DNA of 64,000 nt. Origin: an uncultured Gammaproteobacteria bacterium. GTDB lineage: Bacteria > Pseudomonadota > Gammaproteobacteria > CAWCPV01. Position numbers and translations under genes: made by a program. The stretch spans positions 224,001-288,000 of the forward strand of contig CAWCPV010000007.1 of assembly GCA_963797555.1 (NCBI GenBank), read 5' to 3'. Positions within the stretch are counted from its first letter, which is position 1; the number at the start of each line of letters is the position of its first letter. The notes under the pieces were generated by a model that saw nothing but the letters and a program-made list of their open reading frames with translations, made no database searches and was not told where the DNA came from. Below are positions 41,337 to 50,863 of this stretch, in pieces.

Positions 41337-42885
41337 CATCATCGTGGTCGACCGACGAAGTGACTGGCAGGTGGACTCCCCCGAGGGAGTGGTCATCACC
41401 GCGCGAGAGTACGTTACCCAGAGCGAGCTGCTGAAGTCCCGCAACGTGCGGATCATCAACCTGTGCCGCAGCTATGAGTACCTCAGTACCGGGTACTACT
41501 GCTCCCTTCTCGCCGAGGCGCGAAAACACAAGGTCATTCCGAGTGTCAAGACCATCTCCGACCTCAGCCGCAAGTCGATATACAGCCTAGAGATCGATGA
41601 CCTGGACCAAGTGGTCCAGCGCGTGTTCGGGCGCCGGGTGGAAGACAGCAGCCACGCTTTCGAGACCAGCATATTTTTCGGGGAATGCCACAACCAGGAT
41701 CTGGGCGACATCGGCAGACAGATCTTCGAGCTGTTTCCGTGCCCCATGCTGCGGGTGGAATTCCGCAAACAGCCCCGCTGGGAGATTGCCACCATTCGGC
41801 CGGGCAGCCTGCACCGTATGCCGCAGGAACAGAAGGCGTGCTTCTCGCGGGCCCTGCACGCGTATGTGGCGAAGCGCTGGGCAGGTCCCAGGGTGCGGGA
41901 CATCTACAAGTACGACCTGGCGATTCTGCGCAACCCCGCCGAGAGGTTCCCACCGTCGAACAAGAAGGCCCTGCAGCAGTTCGCGAGGGTGGGCAAATCG
42001 CTAGGGGTGGACGTGGAGCTCATCCAGAGGAAGGACTACGGTCGGCTCGCCGAGTTCGATGCGCTCTTCATCCGCGAGACCACCAGCATCGACGATCACA
42101 CTTACCGCTTCTCGAAGAAGGCGGAGAGCGAGGGGATGGTAGTCATCGACGACCCGGACTCGATTCTTAGGTGCACGAACAAGGTGTACCTGGCGGAGCT
42201 GTTAAAGACCCACAAGGTACCGACGCCCAACAGCATCATCCTGCAGCGTGGGACGCGGGTGAATCTCGAGTCCAAGCTGCCGTATCCGGTCATCCTCAAG
42301 ATCCCGGACGGTTCCTTCTCCAGGGGTACCTACAAGGCGAACAATGCGCGGGACGTGGAAGAGATTACCAAACGCCTGTTCAAGGAATCGGACCTGATAC
42401 TGGCGCAGGAATTTGTCTATACCGAGTTCGACTGGCGGGTGGGCATCCTCAACCGCGCGCCCATCTTCGCGTGCCAGTACTTCATGTCGCGCAAGCACTG
42501 GCAGGTGGTGCGGCACAGCGAGAATGGCCGTCCCGTCTGGGGGGAATCCAAGACCTTTCTCATCGAAGACGCCCCCAGGGAAGTGGTAGGGGCGGCCTTA
42601 CGCGCGGCGAATCTTATCGGGGACGGCCTGTACGGGGTGGATCTGAAGCAGAACCAGGAAGGGCTCTACATCATCGAGATCAACGATAACCCGAATATCG
42701 ACGCGGGCGTCGAAGACCTCTGCCTGAAGGATCGCCTCTACCGGGCCGTGCTGGAGGAGTTTGTGCGCCGGCTGGATAGGCGCCGGTCGCTGGCGAGCGC
42801 GGCCGAGGGAAGGGAGGTGCCGGCTCGCAGGACCGACGGTGAAGAGCGTGCCCGCCCACGACCGGGGCGGGGGGTCGCTCTCTAG
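41326..42885 (+). CDS. RimK-like ATP-grasp ligase with N-terminal RLAN domain
   Basis: INLCRSYEYLSTGYYCSLLAEAR, DALFIRETT, LKIPDGSFSRG, LYGVDLK, EINDNPNID. Confidence 0.88.
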   Translation: MSTDIIVVDRRSDWQVDSPEGVVITAREYVTQSELLKSRNVRIINLCRSYEYLSTGYYCSLLAEARKHKVIPSVKTISDLSRKSIYSLEIDDLDQVVQRVFGRRVEDSSHAFETSIFFGECHNQDLGDIGRQIFELFPCPMLRVEFRKQPRWEIATIRPGSLHRMPQEQKACFSRALHAYVAKRWAGPRVRDIYKYDLAILRNPAERFPPSNKKALQQFARVGKSLGVDVELIQRKDYGRLAEFDALFIRETTSIDDHTYRFSKKAESEGMVVIDDPDSILRCTNKVYLAELLKTHKVPTPNSIILQRGTRVNLESKLPYPVILKIPDGSFSRGTYKANNARDVEEITKRLFKESDLILAQEFVYTEFDWRVGILNRAPIFACQYFMSRKHWQVVRHSENGRPVWGESKTFLIEDAPREVVGAALRAANLIGDGLYGVDLKQNQEGLYIIEINDNPNIDAGVEDLCLKDRLYRAVLEEFVRRLDRRRSLASAAEGREVPARRTDGEERARPRPGRGVAL

Positions 42886-42901
42886 CTAGGTGCAAACGTT
42901 C

Positions 42902-43615
42902 TCAGCTCGGGCTAGCGACTGCGCCACCGCCGTTGCCGAACGGGGACTCTCCCTCAGGCCCTTGCCCGGAGACTACGCCCGGGATTCCGGACTCGCACTG
43001 GCACTGGGCGTCCACGTGCAGCAGTCCCGTCTTCGCATCCAGAGTCAACGTGACGCCTTGTCCGACAGGCACGTCCCAGACCAGCTTGTCCCCGATTCGC
43101 AGGATCACTGCATCTTGCAGGACGCATAGGTGGAATGTGGAGTGCTCCGCGTCGTAATGGACTTCGCCCTCTGTGCCCCTTATCCCGATAGTGGCGACGG
43201 GTGTCTGATAGGCCACCTTCTCGGGGTTGCGCTTGCCTATGAAGCCGGTCAGGAACCGAAAGGCGCCACGGAAGAGATAGAGGCTGCTGTCGTCCTCCGC
43301 CGGCGCAGACTCCTGATACCTGAAGGCACTGATCTTCAGGCGGGTATTCTCGATGACGGTATACCTGGACTGGTCCGCCATAGCGATGCGCAGCATTGCC
43401 CCCTGCGCGGTCTCGATGGTATCCCCGCTGTATAGGGCGCTGCCCGCCTGGAGTTGGCGCGTCGTGCCGTCCGGGGCGGTGGCCGTCGCGGCTCCGGTGA
43501 TGTCCGAGACGACGCCCGCCTTAACGCCCGCTGCGGCCGTCTGCGCATGGACCTGAGCTACGAGAAGCATAGACAACAGGAACGAGCCCAGGAGTCGAAC
43601 CAAGTGCTTTGTCAT
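42902..43615 (-). CDS. FecR-domain secreted protein
   Basis: Signal peptide; LYSGDTIET, GAFRFLTG.IGK, TPVATIGIRGT. Confidence 0.8.
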   Translation of the reverse strand: MTKHLVRLLGSFLLSMLLVAQVHAQTAAAGVKAGVVSDITGAATATAPDGTTRQLQAGSALYSGDTIETAQGAMLRIAMADQSRYTVIENTRLKISAFRYQESAPAEDDSSLYLFRGAFRFLTGFIGKRNPEKVAYQTPVATIGIRGTEGEVHYDAEHSTFHLCVLQDAVILRIGDKLVWDVPVGQGVTLTLDAKTGLLHVDAQCQCESGIPGVVSGQGPEGESPFGNGGGAVASPS

Positions 43616-43638
43616 GATCGCTAGTCCTCGAGGAAACG

Positions 43639-44127
43639 TTACTCGGCTGCAGCGGGGTTTCCGCTGTAAGAAAGCTCACCCTCGGTGCCTCTTATGCCGA
43701 TGGTGGCGAGTGGCGTCTGGTAGGAAACCTTGTCGGGATTGCGTTTTCCGATGAGGCCGGTCAAAAACCGGAAGGCGCCTCGGAACAGATAGAAGCTACT
43801 GCTGTCCTCCGCCGGTGCAGACTCCTGATACCTGAAATCACTGATCTTGAGGCGGGTGTTCTCCGTGACGGTATACCTGGAATGGTCCACCATGGCGATG
43901 CGCAGCATTGCCCCCTTGGCGGTCTGGAGCGTGTCCCCGCTGTACAGAGGACCCCCGAAGGTGAGTTCGCGGACCGTGCCATCCGGAGCGGTCGCCGTCG
44001 CGGTTCCGCTGATGTCCGAGATCCTCCCTGCCTTCTCCCGCGGTGCGGGCGTCTGCGCCGGTGTCTGCCCCGCGAGCAGCAAGAGTAGCAGAGGCGGGGC
44101 CAAGAAAGTCATGGAGTGCCTTGTCAT
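43639..44127 (-). CDS. FecR-domain secreted protein (shorter paralog)
   Basis: Closely similar to 42902-43615; ends soon after TIGIRGTEG. Confidence 0.75.
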   Translation of the reverse strand: MTRHSMTFLAPPLLLLLLAGQTPAQTPAPREKAGRISDISGTATATAPDGTVRELTFGGPLYSGDTLQTAKGAMLRIAMVDHSRYTVTENTRLKISDFRYQESAPAEDSSSFYLFRGAFRFLTGLIGKRNPDKVSYQTPLATIGIRGTEGELSYSGNPAAAE

Positions 44128-44193
44128 GATCGGTGTCCTCCCCAAGGATGGCCGGGTCGCATGCCGGGACGATCCGCGCTCTGCGCGGTGGCT

Positions 44194-46428
44194 CTACTTG
44201 CTGGTGAACACAAAGGTTCCGTCCCAATCAGCTGCCGGCGGGTTCGCGTGGAAGTATGCTACCCGGTCCAGGTACATCCGGTAAAGGCGGCACTCGGGGG
44301 TCTGCTCGTGCAAGGTGCGGAAGGCCTGGCTGGCGCTGTCCCAGTCGCGCGCCCTGTAACGCTGCAGCGCCTCCTCGTAGAGTGTCAGCTCCTCCTGCCT
44401 GGCTGCGTCGACGGCGTTCTCGGGTCCTATCGGCTCGAAGACCCGGGTAGGTTTGTCGCGGCCCTTGACCCGGACTTGGTCCACCTCTCGGAACACAAAA
44501 CCGGCAACTTGGCTGCGCGTGCTCTCGGTCAGCATCACGTCGACGCCGTATTGCCGGGTCAACCCTTCGATCCGCGAGCCCAGGTTGACGGCATCCCCCA
44601 GCACCGTATAGGCCATGCGGAACTTCGAGCCCATGTTGCCCACGCTCATGACGCCGGTGTTGATACCGACGCCCATCCGTAAGGCCGGCCAACCTCGTTC
44701 CCGAAACATGGGCTGCAGGTTTCGAATCTCTGTTTCGAGGTCCAGTGCGGCCTCCAGAGCGTGCTGCGCGTGGTCCGAGTCGGCCAACGGAGCCCCCCAG
44801 AAGGCCATGATCGCGTCACCCATGTACTTATCGATGGTGCCGCGGTGGCGATGAATCACCCTCGTCAGCGGCGTGAGCATGTCGTTCATGAGACGCGACA
44901 ACTCGTGCGGCTCCAGCGTCTCCGACATGGTGGTGAAGCCCCAGACGTCGGTGAACAGCACGGTCATCTGCCGGCTGTCGCCCGCCATGCCGAACTGCTT
45001 CGGAGACCTGCTCATCTCCTCCACTAATTCTGGCGGCACATATTGGCCGAAAAGGCGCGACATGACCCGTTTGGCGCGGGACTCCGCGAAATAGCCGTAG
45101 GACATGTTGAGCAGGAACAGAGAGAGCACGAGCATCAGCGGTGCGGCGACCGGCAGAGCGACGTTGGCTGCTTGCCAGAGAGCCAGATTGGATGCGGCAA
45201 TGCCCGCCAGCAGGGCGAGGCTGAACACAGCGGCAGCAATGGCCTTCAGGAAAGGCAGCAGCAGCGTGGCGAGCAGGCCGACGGCCGTCAGGATCGCGAT
45301 CTGCGCCCCCACCAGATAGGCGGGCCGCTCCTTCAGCCGTCCGTCCAGGATGGCGCTGATCATGTTGGCATGGATCTCGACTCCGGGATACACGCTCTGC
45401 ACCGGTGTCGAGCGCAGATCCATCAGGCCGGGCGCGGAGGTTCCGAACAGCACGATGGCGCCCTCCAGCAAGCTGCGATCCGCCGCCCCGGTCAGCACGT
45501 CGACGGCGGAGACGTAAGGAAAGCTACCTTGTGGGCCGCGGTAGGGGATAAGGGTGGCCGCCTGATCATCCACCGGGATGCGACGGTTACCCACCCTCAA
45601 GGCCTCCAGGCCGGAGTAGCCTTGATCGGCCCCGAGTCCTCGCGCGAGGACCGGCACCACCGCCTCTCCCCCCAAGAGCAGCCGGGCCACCGCCAGGGAA
45701 AGGGATTGATACAGGCCGCCCTTGTACTCCACCAACATGGGTATGCGCCGCACTACGCCATCTCCGTCCACCAGCGGGATGAAGTGGCCCGCCGAGAGCG
45801 CGTTGCTCTGCAGTTCGGGCAGATTGGCGCCGTAGCCGTCTGCGCGGATGAATGGAATCGGCAAGCCGGCAAAGTCGGTGAGGCTGAGGGTTGGAGGCGG
45901 CAGCTCGCCGACGGTGTGCCCTTCGGGGCCAGCGCCGGGCTCGCGCAGATCGAAGTAATACCCCAGTGCAACCGCCCTCCCCCTGAGGCAGGCCGCGAAG
46001 ATCCGGTCCCGGTCCAGGGTCGGCTGCAGGGACTTGAACACTCGCTGAAATGCGTCATCTCCACGCAATTGGTCGCGAGCCAACTGGTCGAAGACCTTGA
46101 TGCCCGAGCTCTCGTCGCGCTCCGCGAACACCACGTCCATTCCCAGCACGGCGATCTTGTAGTCGTCGAACAGCCGGTCCACGAGCCGTGCCAGACGGTC
46201 CCGCGGCCATGGCCAGTGTCCTTCGATGGCGAGGCTCTTCTCGTCGACATCGACGATCACGATGCGGCGGTCCTGTCCGCCCGGCATGGTGAGACGCAGC
46301 CGGATGTCGTAGGCAATATCGTCCAGGCGCCGCAGGACATCCCAGCGCACGTAGCCGGCTGCGTACATGAGGAATGAGGTCACGACCAGCAGCCCGAGCA
46401 GGATGCGGATGACCTGATGTTTCCACAC
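44194..46428 (-). CDS. CHASE2-domain class III adenylate/guanylate cyclase
   Basis: IVIVDVDE..WPWPR, DGDGVVRR, PGVEIHA; TM helices; LFTDVWGFT, DKYMGDAIMAFWGAP, GDAVNLGSRIEG; start uncertain. Confidence 0.92.
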   Translation of the reverse strand: MWKHQVIRILLGLLVVTSFLMYAAGYVRWDVLRRLDDIAYDIRLRLTMPGGQDRRIVIVDVDEKSLAIEGHWPWPRDRLARLVDRLFDDYKIAVLGMDVVFAERDESSGIKVFDQLARDQLRGDDAFQRVFKSLQPTLDRDRIFAACLRGRAVALGYYFDLREPGAGPEGHTVGELPPPTLSLTDFAGLPIPFIRADGYGANLPELQSNALSAGHFIPLVDGDGVVRRIPMLVEYKGGLYQSLSLAVARLLLGGEAVVPVLARGLGADQGYSGLEALRVGNRRIPVDDQAATLIPYRGPQGSFPYVSAVDVLTGAADRSLLEGAIVLFGTSAPGLMDLRSTPVQSVYPGVEIHANMISAILDGRLKERPAYLVGAQIAILTAVGLLATLLLPFLKAIAAAVFSLALLAGIAASNLALWQAANVALPVAAPLMLVLSLFLLNMSYGYFAESRAKRVMSRLFGQYVPPELVEEMSRSPKQFGMAGDSRQMTVLFTDVWGFTTMSETLEPHELSRLMNDMLTPLTRVIHRHRGTIDKYMGDAIMAFWGAPLADSDHAQHALEAALDLETEIRNLQPMFRERGWPALRMGVGINTGVMSVGNMGSKFRMAYTVLGDAVNLGSRIEGLTRQYGVDVMLTESTRSQVAGFVFREVDQVRVKGRDKPTRVFEPIGPENAVDAARQEELTLYEEALQRYRARDWDSASQAFRTLHEQTPECRLYRMYLDRVAYFHANPPAADWDGTFVFTSK

Positions 46429-46443
46429 GTGCGAGGTCCCTGA

Positions 46444-46730
46444 GAGCTTGTGAATAAAGTCGGTGATGCGCCCCGAGAGCTGCGTTGCGCGGCGTTCATG
46501 GCGTACCTCCCTGTACGCCACCTTTTTGGGGCGTCCTGCGGACGTGCCGCATGGCTATCCTGCCATTCGGTCATGGTCTACTCCCTGTACGCCACCCTTT
46601 GGGGCGTCCTGCGGACGTGGCGAATGGCTATCCGACCATTCGGTCGCTCCTCGCCTGGCCACTCGGTAGGCATCGTTCGTTGCGCGCAGCCTTGCTCTCG
46701 CGCCGCTAGCGACGATGTCTACAGTAGCGC
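46444..46730 (+). repeat. MITE-family copy with two tandem ~75-bp inner modules (46497-46645)
   Basis: TGA-GAGCTTGTGAATAAA left end; CTCCCTGTACGCCACC...GGGGCGTCCTGCGGACGTG...CCATTCGGTC twice; right end degenerate. Confidence 0.75.
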
Positions 46731-47174
46731 CGACTGTTGCCGGCGGCGCGACCGCGAGATGACGTATCCGCGGGCCGGTGCCGTCCGGGCGCTCGACGCC
46801 ACCCCGCTGTACGGCGCCGTCGCCTACCCTTAGGCCGCGCACCGTCCACCCTGGTTTAGCGCATCGACAAGCTGCGAATGATAGCACGCATTGGGCCGTG
46901 GTCCGCCAAGCTGGCGAACACGCGCAGCCTCAGTTCGCGCCCCAACTCCCCTGCAGGCGCGGCTGCTGCGCATGCCTTCTTCCGCGACGGGTTGCTCCTG
47001 AGCAGGCGTTACGCAGCAGTTGGTGCGTGCACCAACACACTCGGCGTGCCGCGCTTGCCGCACACCGACTACCTCGTTGACAACGGTCCGCCCGACGAGG
47101 GCGAGTCGACGGCGGCGCCGCCCGGTTGGCTTCTGAGCTGCCCTGCTGCACCATGCGGGGGTAGAGACTTGCAG

Positions 47175-48641
47175 TCAGCGCCGGCCCCCGAGGAGCGATC
47201 CCAGGACCCCGCGGATAATCTGCCGACCGATCTGGGAGCCGATTGCCCGCGCCGTGCTCTTGGCAAATGCCTCCAGCATGGACTCGCGGCCACGCCCTGC
47301 GCTGCGCCCGGCCGCCTCGCGGCTCGGGGGCCCCGCAGGCTCGGGCGGGGGGGTGGTCGCCTGGGCTGCTCGGGTCTTGAGAATCTCGTAGGCGGATTCC
47401 CGATCGACCTCCTTCTCGTAAGTGCCGTAAACCACTGACTCTCGTATCAACTGGACGCGCTGCTGCGCCGTGATGGGTCCGATCTGGCCGCGCGGCGGGC
47501 AAATCAGTACCCGCTCGACCATGCCAGGGTGTCCAGCCTCGTCCAGAGTGGAAGCGAGGGCCTCCCCGACCCCCAGTTGGGTGATGACCGTTGCGGTGTC
47601 CAGCTTGGGGTTGGGGCGAAAGGTCTGCGCGGCGGTTCGAACCGCTTTTTGGTCGCGAGGTGTGTAGGCGCGTAGGGCGTGCTGTATCCGGTTTCCCAGT
47701 TGGCCCAACACGGGATCGGGGATGTCCAGTGGGCTCTGGCTTACGAAGTAGACGCCCACCCCCTTGGAGCGGATGAGACGCACCACCTGCTCGATCTTGT
47801 CCATCAGCGCCCCGGAGGCGTCGTCGAAGAGCAGATGAGCCTCATCGAAGAACAAGACCAGCTTGGGCTGGTCCCGATCGCCCACTTCCGGCAGACGCTC
47901 GAACAGCTCTGCCAGCAGCCATAGGAGAAATGTGGAGTACAGCTTCGGAGCACGGAACAGCTTGTCCGCGGCCAGGATGTTGACCACGCCGCGACCCCCT
48001 TGAGCCGTCTGCAGCAGGTCATCGAGCGACAACGCCGGCTCCCCGAACAGCCGCGTGCCTCCTTGCTCCTCCAGCTCCAGGAGTCCACGCTGGATGGACC
48101 CTACGCTCGCCGACGAGATGTTGCCGTATGTGGTCTGGAGGGTGCTCCGGTTCTCCGCCACGAACTGCAGCATGGCCCGCAGGTCCTTCATGTCGAGGAG
48201 CAGCCAGCCGTGGTCGTCGGCCACCCGAAAGGTCAGAGTCAGGACGCCCTGCTGGGTGTCGTTGATGCCGAGCAGCCGACCCAGTAGCAATGGACCCATG
48301 TCGGATATCGTCGTGCGCACCGGGTGCCCTTGGTCTCCGAAGACGTCCCAGAAGGTAACGGGAGTGCCTTCGAAGCGGAAATCTCCCAGGCCCAAACGCT
48401 CCACCCGTTCGGCTATCTTCGGGTGCTCTGCGCCCGGCTGGCTGATGCCGGACAGATCGCCCTTGACGTCCGCCATGAAAACTGGCACCCCGATGCGTGA
48501 GAAGCCTTCCGCCAAGACTTGGAGAGAGACGGTCTTGCCGGTTCCTGTGGCGCCAGCGATGAGACCGTGGCGATTGGCCATACGCGGCAGCAGGAAGACT
48601 GGAGACTCTCCCACGCCAACGAGAATGGGCTCAGTAGTCAT
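47175..48641 (-). CDS. HerA-like ATPase DUF853 (YjgR family)
   Basis: [52 protein letters not shown]. Confidence 0.92.
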   Translation of the reverse strand: MTTEPILVGVGESPVFLLPRMANRHGLIAGATGTGKTVSLQVLAEGFSRIGVPVFMADVKGDLSGISQPGAEHPKIAERVERLGLGDFRFEGTPVTFWDVFGDQGHPVRTTISDMGPLLLGRLLGINDTQQGVLTLTFRVADDHGWLLLDMKDLRAMLQFVAENRSTLQTTYGNISSASVGSIQRGLLELEEQGGTRLFGEPALSLDDLLQTAQGGRGVVNILAADKLFRAPKLYSTFLLWLLAELFERLPEVGDRDQPKLVLFFDEAHLLFDDASGALMDKIEQVVRLIRSKGVGVYFVSQSPLDIPDPVLGQLGNRIQHALRAYTPRDQKAVRTAAQTFRPNPKLDTATVITQLGVGEALASTLDEAGHPGMVERVLICPPRGQIGPITAQQRVQLIRESVVYGTYEKEVDRESAYEILKTRAAQATTPPPEPAGPPSREAAGRSAGRGRESMLEAFAKSTARAIGSQIGRQIIRGVLGSLLGGRR

Positions 48642-48786
48642 GCAGCGGTGTCTCCTGTGCTGGTGGGGTCGGGCTGAAGTATGAATGATCTACGCCACTT
48701 GGTGAGAATGCCAAGTGGGGACACAACGGTCGCGGCGCCTTGACTATACTGTGCGCGTTGATAGCCGTCGAGGAGGTGAAAGGGCC

Positions 48787-49242
48787 GTGTCAGCGCTCCT
48801 GTGCAGGCTGAGTAAAACACTGTGGTGGGTGCCCTTCGGGCGCGTTCCCGAGATCAAGGCTGCGGAACTGCACGCTCGGCTGAATGGGCCGTCGCCGCCT
48901 CAGCTCCTGGATGTGCGCACGACTCTGGAGTGGAGGAAGAGCCGCATTGCCGGAGCGGTCCATGTCCCCATCACCAAGCTGCGCCGTCGGCTCGACGGCC
49001 TTGGCCTCGACCCCAAGCGCCCCATCGTTGCCATTTGTCTCACGGGGCACCGGAGCGTTCCGGCAGTGCGCCTGCTGCACAGCCAGGGCTTCGCCGAAGC
49101 GGTGCACCTTGCAGGTGGCATGACGGCGTGGTGGAGGGACGAGCTTCCCAGTGACGGGGGCGATCCGGGGTCAGGCCCTGAGCCGGCCCATAGGGTGCGA
49201 GGCCAGCTCCCAGCAGACCGTCATGACCATGGATCCTCATGA
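48787..49242 (+). CDS. Rhodanese-like domain protein
   Basis: LLDVRT..EW...RIAGA, CLTGHRS, LAGGMTAW. Confidence 0.85.
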   Translation: MSALLCRLSKTLWWVPFGRVPEIKAAELHARLNGPSPPQLLDVRTTLEWRKSRIAGAVHVPITKLRRRLDGLGLDPKRPIVAICLTGHRSVPAVRLLHSQGFAEAVHLAGGMTAWWRDELPSDGGDPGSGPEPAHRVRGQLPADRHDHGSS

Positions 49243-50077
49243 CCCATCCGTTCAGAGCACGCTGTTTCCGTTCGCATTCTCCCTGGCCTCGACGGGTGCA
49301 ATCCGGCTGGTAGGCGGCCGCCGGCAGGGACGCCAGCTCGCCAATGCGGCCGTGAGCATCGCCTTTCTCGGGGTGGTACCGATCGTCCTCGGGCTGCCCG
49401 CGTTCCCGCCAAGCGCCTCGTTGGACAAGCTGCCGTATATCGTCGGGATGGGCCTGTTCCTCGGCACGCTCCTGGACCTGCGCCCGCCCCCGAGGTGGGC
49501 GAGCGTCCTGCTCATCGCGCTGTGGCCGGCGCTCGCCCTGGCATGGGTGACGGCACCGGAGTGGCGAGTCCCCGACGAGACCGTCCTCTGCGAGGTGGGA
49601 CTGCTGTACCTCGGTGCCGTGGCGATCCTGTTCCGCGTTTACCGCCAGAGGGATGGGCTGGCGCCCTCGCTGATGGTATTCAGTGCCGGGCTGGGTTTGG
49701 GAGGTGTGGCCTGGTTGGCGGCAGCGGTCTCGTTGGCACAGCTGGCCTTCGCCCTGGCGGCGGCTGCGGCCGGCTTCATTCTGTGGAACTGGCCTGTCGT
49801 CCGCTACCCGTTCGGGAATAGCGCTCTACTCGCCGGCGCCGGCTCACTGCCGCTGTTGGGCGCGGAGACGCTTCTGCATACCCGCGCGAGTCCAGTGGCG
49901 CTCGCGGTGATCTTGCTGGTCTTCTTTGCGGACGTGTTGGCCCGCCCGATGGCTGTCCGCGGCGGGCGTGGGCGTGCGAGGGGACCCCTGTACCTGACGA
50001 TGCTCTGTTTGGTGCCTGCTGTGCTGGCCATTGGCCTCGCTTACGCCGAACGCCGGGGAGTCCGGGTCCTGCGATAG
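49229..50077 (+). CDS. Hypothetical multi-pass membrane protein
   Basis: Roughly 9-10 hydrophobic segments. Confidence 0.65.
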   Translation: MDPHDPSVQSTLFPFAFSLASTGAIRLVGGRRQGRQLANAAVSIAFLGVVPIVLGLPAFPPSASLDKLPYIVGMGLFLGTLLDLRPPPRWASVLLIALWPALALAWVTAPEWRVPDETVLCEVGLLYLGAVAILFRVYRQRDGLAPSLMVFSAGLGLGGVAWLAAAVSLAQLAFALAAAAAGFILWNWPVVRYPFGNSALLAGAGSLPLLGAETLLHTRASPVALAVILLVFFADVLARPMAVRGGRGRARGPLYLTMLCLVPAVLAIGLAYAERRGVRVLR

Positions 50078-50380
50078 TGCTAGCCGACGGGCAGGGAAGC
50101 GGCCCGCGTGGCCGGCCGCCGCTGGAGTGTGGGCCGCGGCCTCCGGGAACCCCCGGGTGCGGGGTCTGCACCCGTCCGCCGAAGGCGCTGTCAGAGAATC
50201 GCCTCACGAGCTTCACGATCTGGTCATGCCCGGGCGGCACGGCAGCGTGTGCCGGGACACGGAAGGACCGGGACTCCCCCTGTTTGACGAGCGGGTGAGG
50301 ATGGCCTTACGCTGTTGCCGCCGGTTCCCGACGGGGCCGGCGGGCAAGCTACTGGTGGTCAATATTCAGGGGAGGCAACT

Positions 50381-50632
50381 ATGGCCCGAAGCACCAAGAA
50401 GGTATCCCGTGAGATCCCTGCCGTCGCCCCCACACGGCGGGACAAGGCCCCGAGTCCCATAATGGCGCCGAGCGCGGTCAGCGCAGTGCTCACGGACGAC
50501 CAGCGTCGTCGCATGATTGCGGAGGCGGCCTATTATCGGGCCGAGCGCCGTGGTTTCATCGGCGGCAGCCCGGAACAGGATTGGATTGAAGCGGAGGCCG
50601 AGATCGATCGGGTGCTGCAGCCCATCCCTTGA
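50381..50632 (+). CDS. DUF2934 domain protein
   Basis: MIAEAAYYRAERRGF..G..EQDWIEAEAEI. Confidence 0.85.
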   Translation: MARSTKKVSREIPAVAPTRRDKAPSPIMAPSAVSAVLTDDQRRRMIAEAAYYRAERRGFIGGSPEQDWIEAEAEIDRVLQPIP

Positions 50633-50863
50633 TCCCATCGGGACGGGCAGGCCGCTCGGCTCCCTGACCGGCGGACGGGACGCGGCGAGGTCGGCCCACC
50701 GGCTTGCGAGCGGGTGCGCACCCCATCGGCCGAGGGCCGTGAGCGCCGGTGCCGGCGCTAGAAATGTATCCCGGCCGCAGGTAGGAGCCAGGCTATTCGG
50801 ACCTTCCAGCCACGGAAGCACAGTCCCGGAGCCGGCTGGCGCCGCATGCGCGGCGGACGGAGA

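Noticed and set aside
42902-44127. DGR or gene-conversion cassette pair in the FecR genes
   Set aside because: Differences look like ordinary paralog divergence; no reverse transcriptase or recombinase nearby
46497-46645. Mini-CRISPR or tRNA
   Set aside because: Only two directly abutting units, no spacer, no cloverleaf; part of the dispersed repeat family
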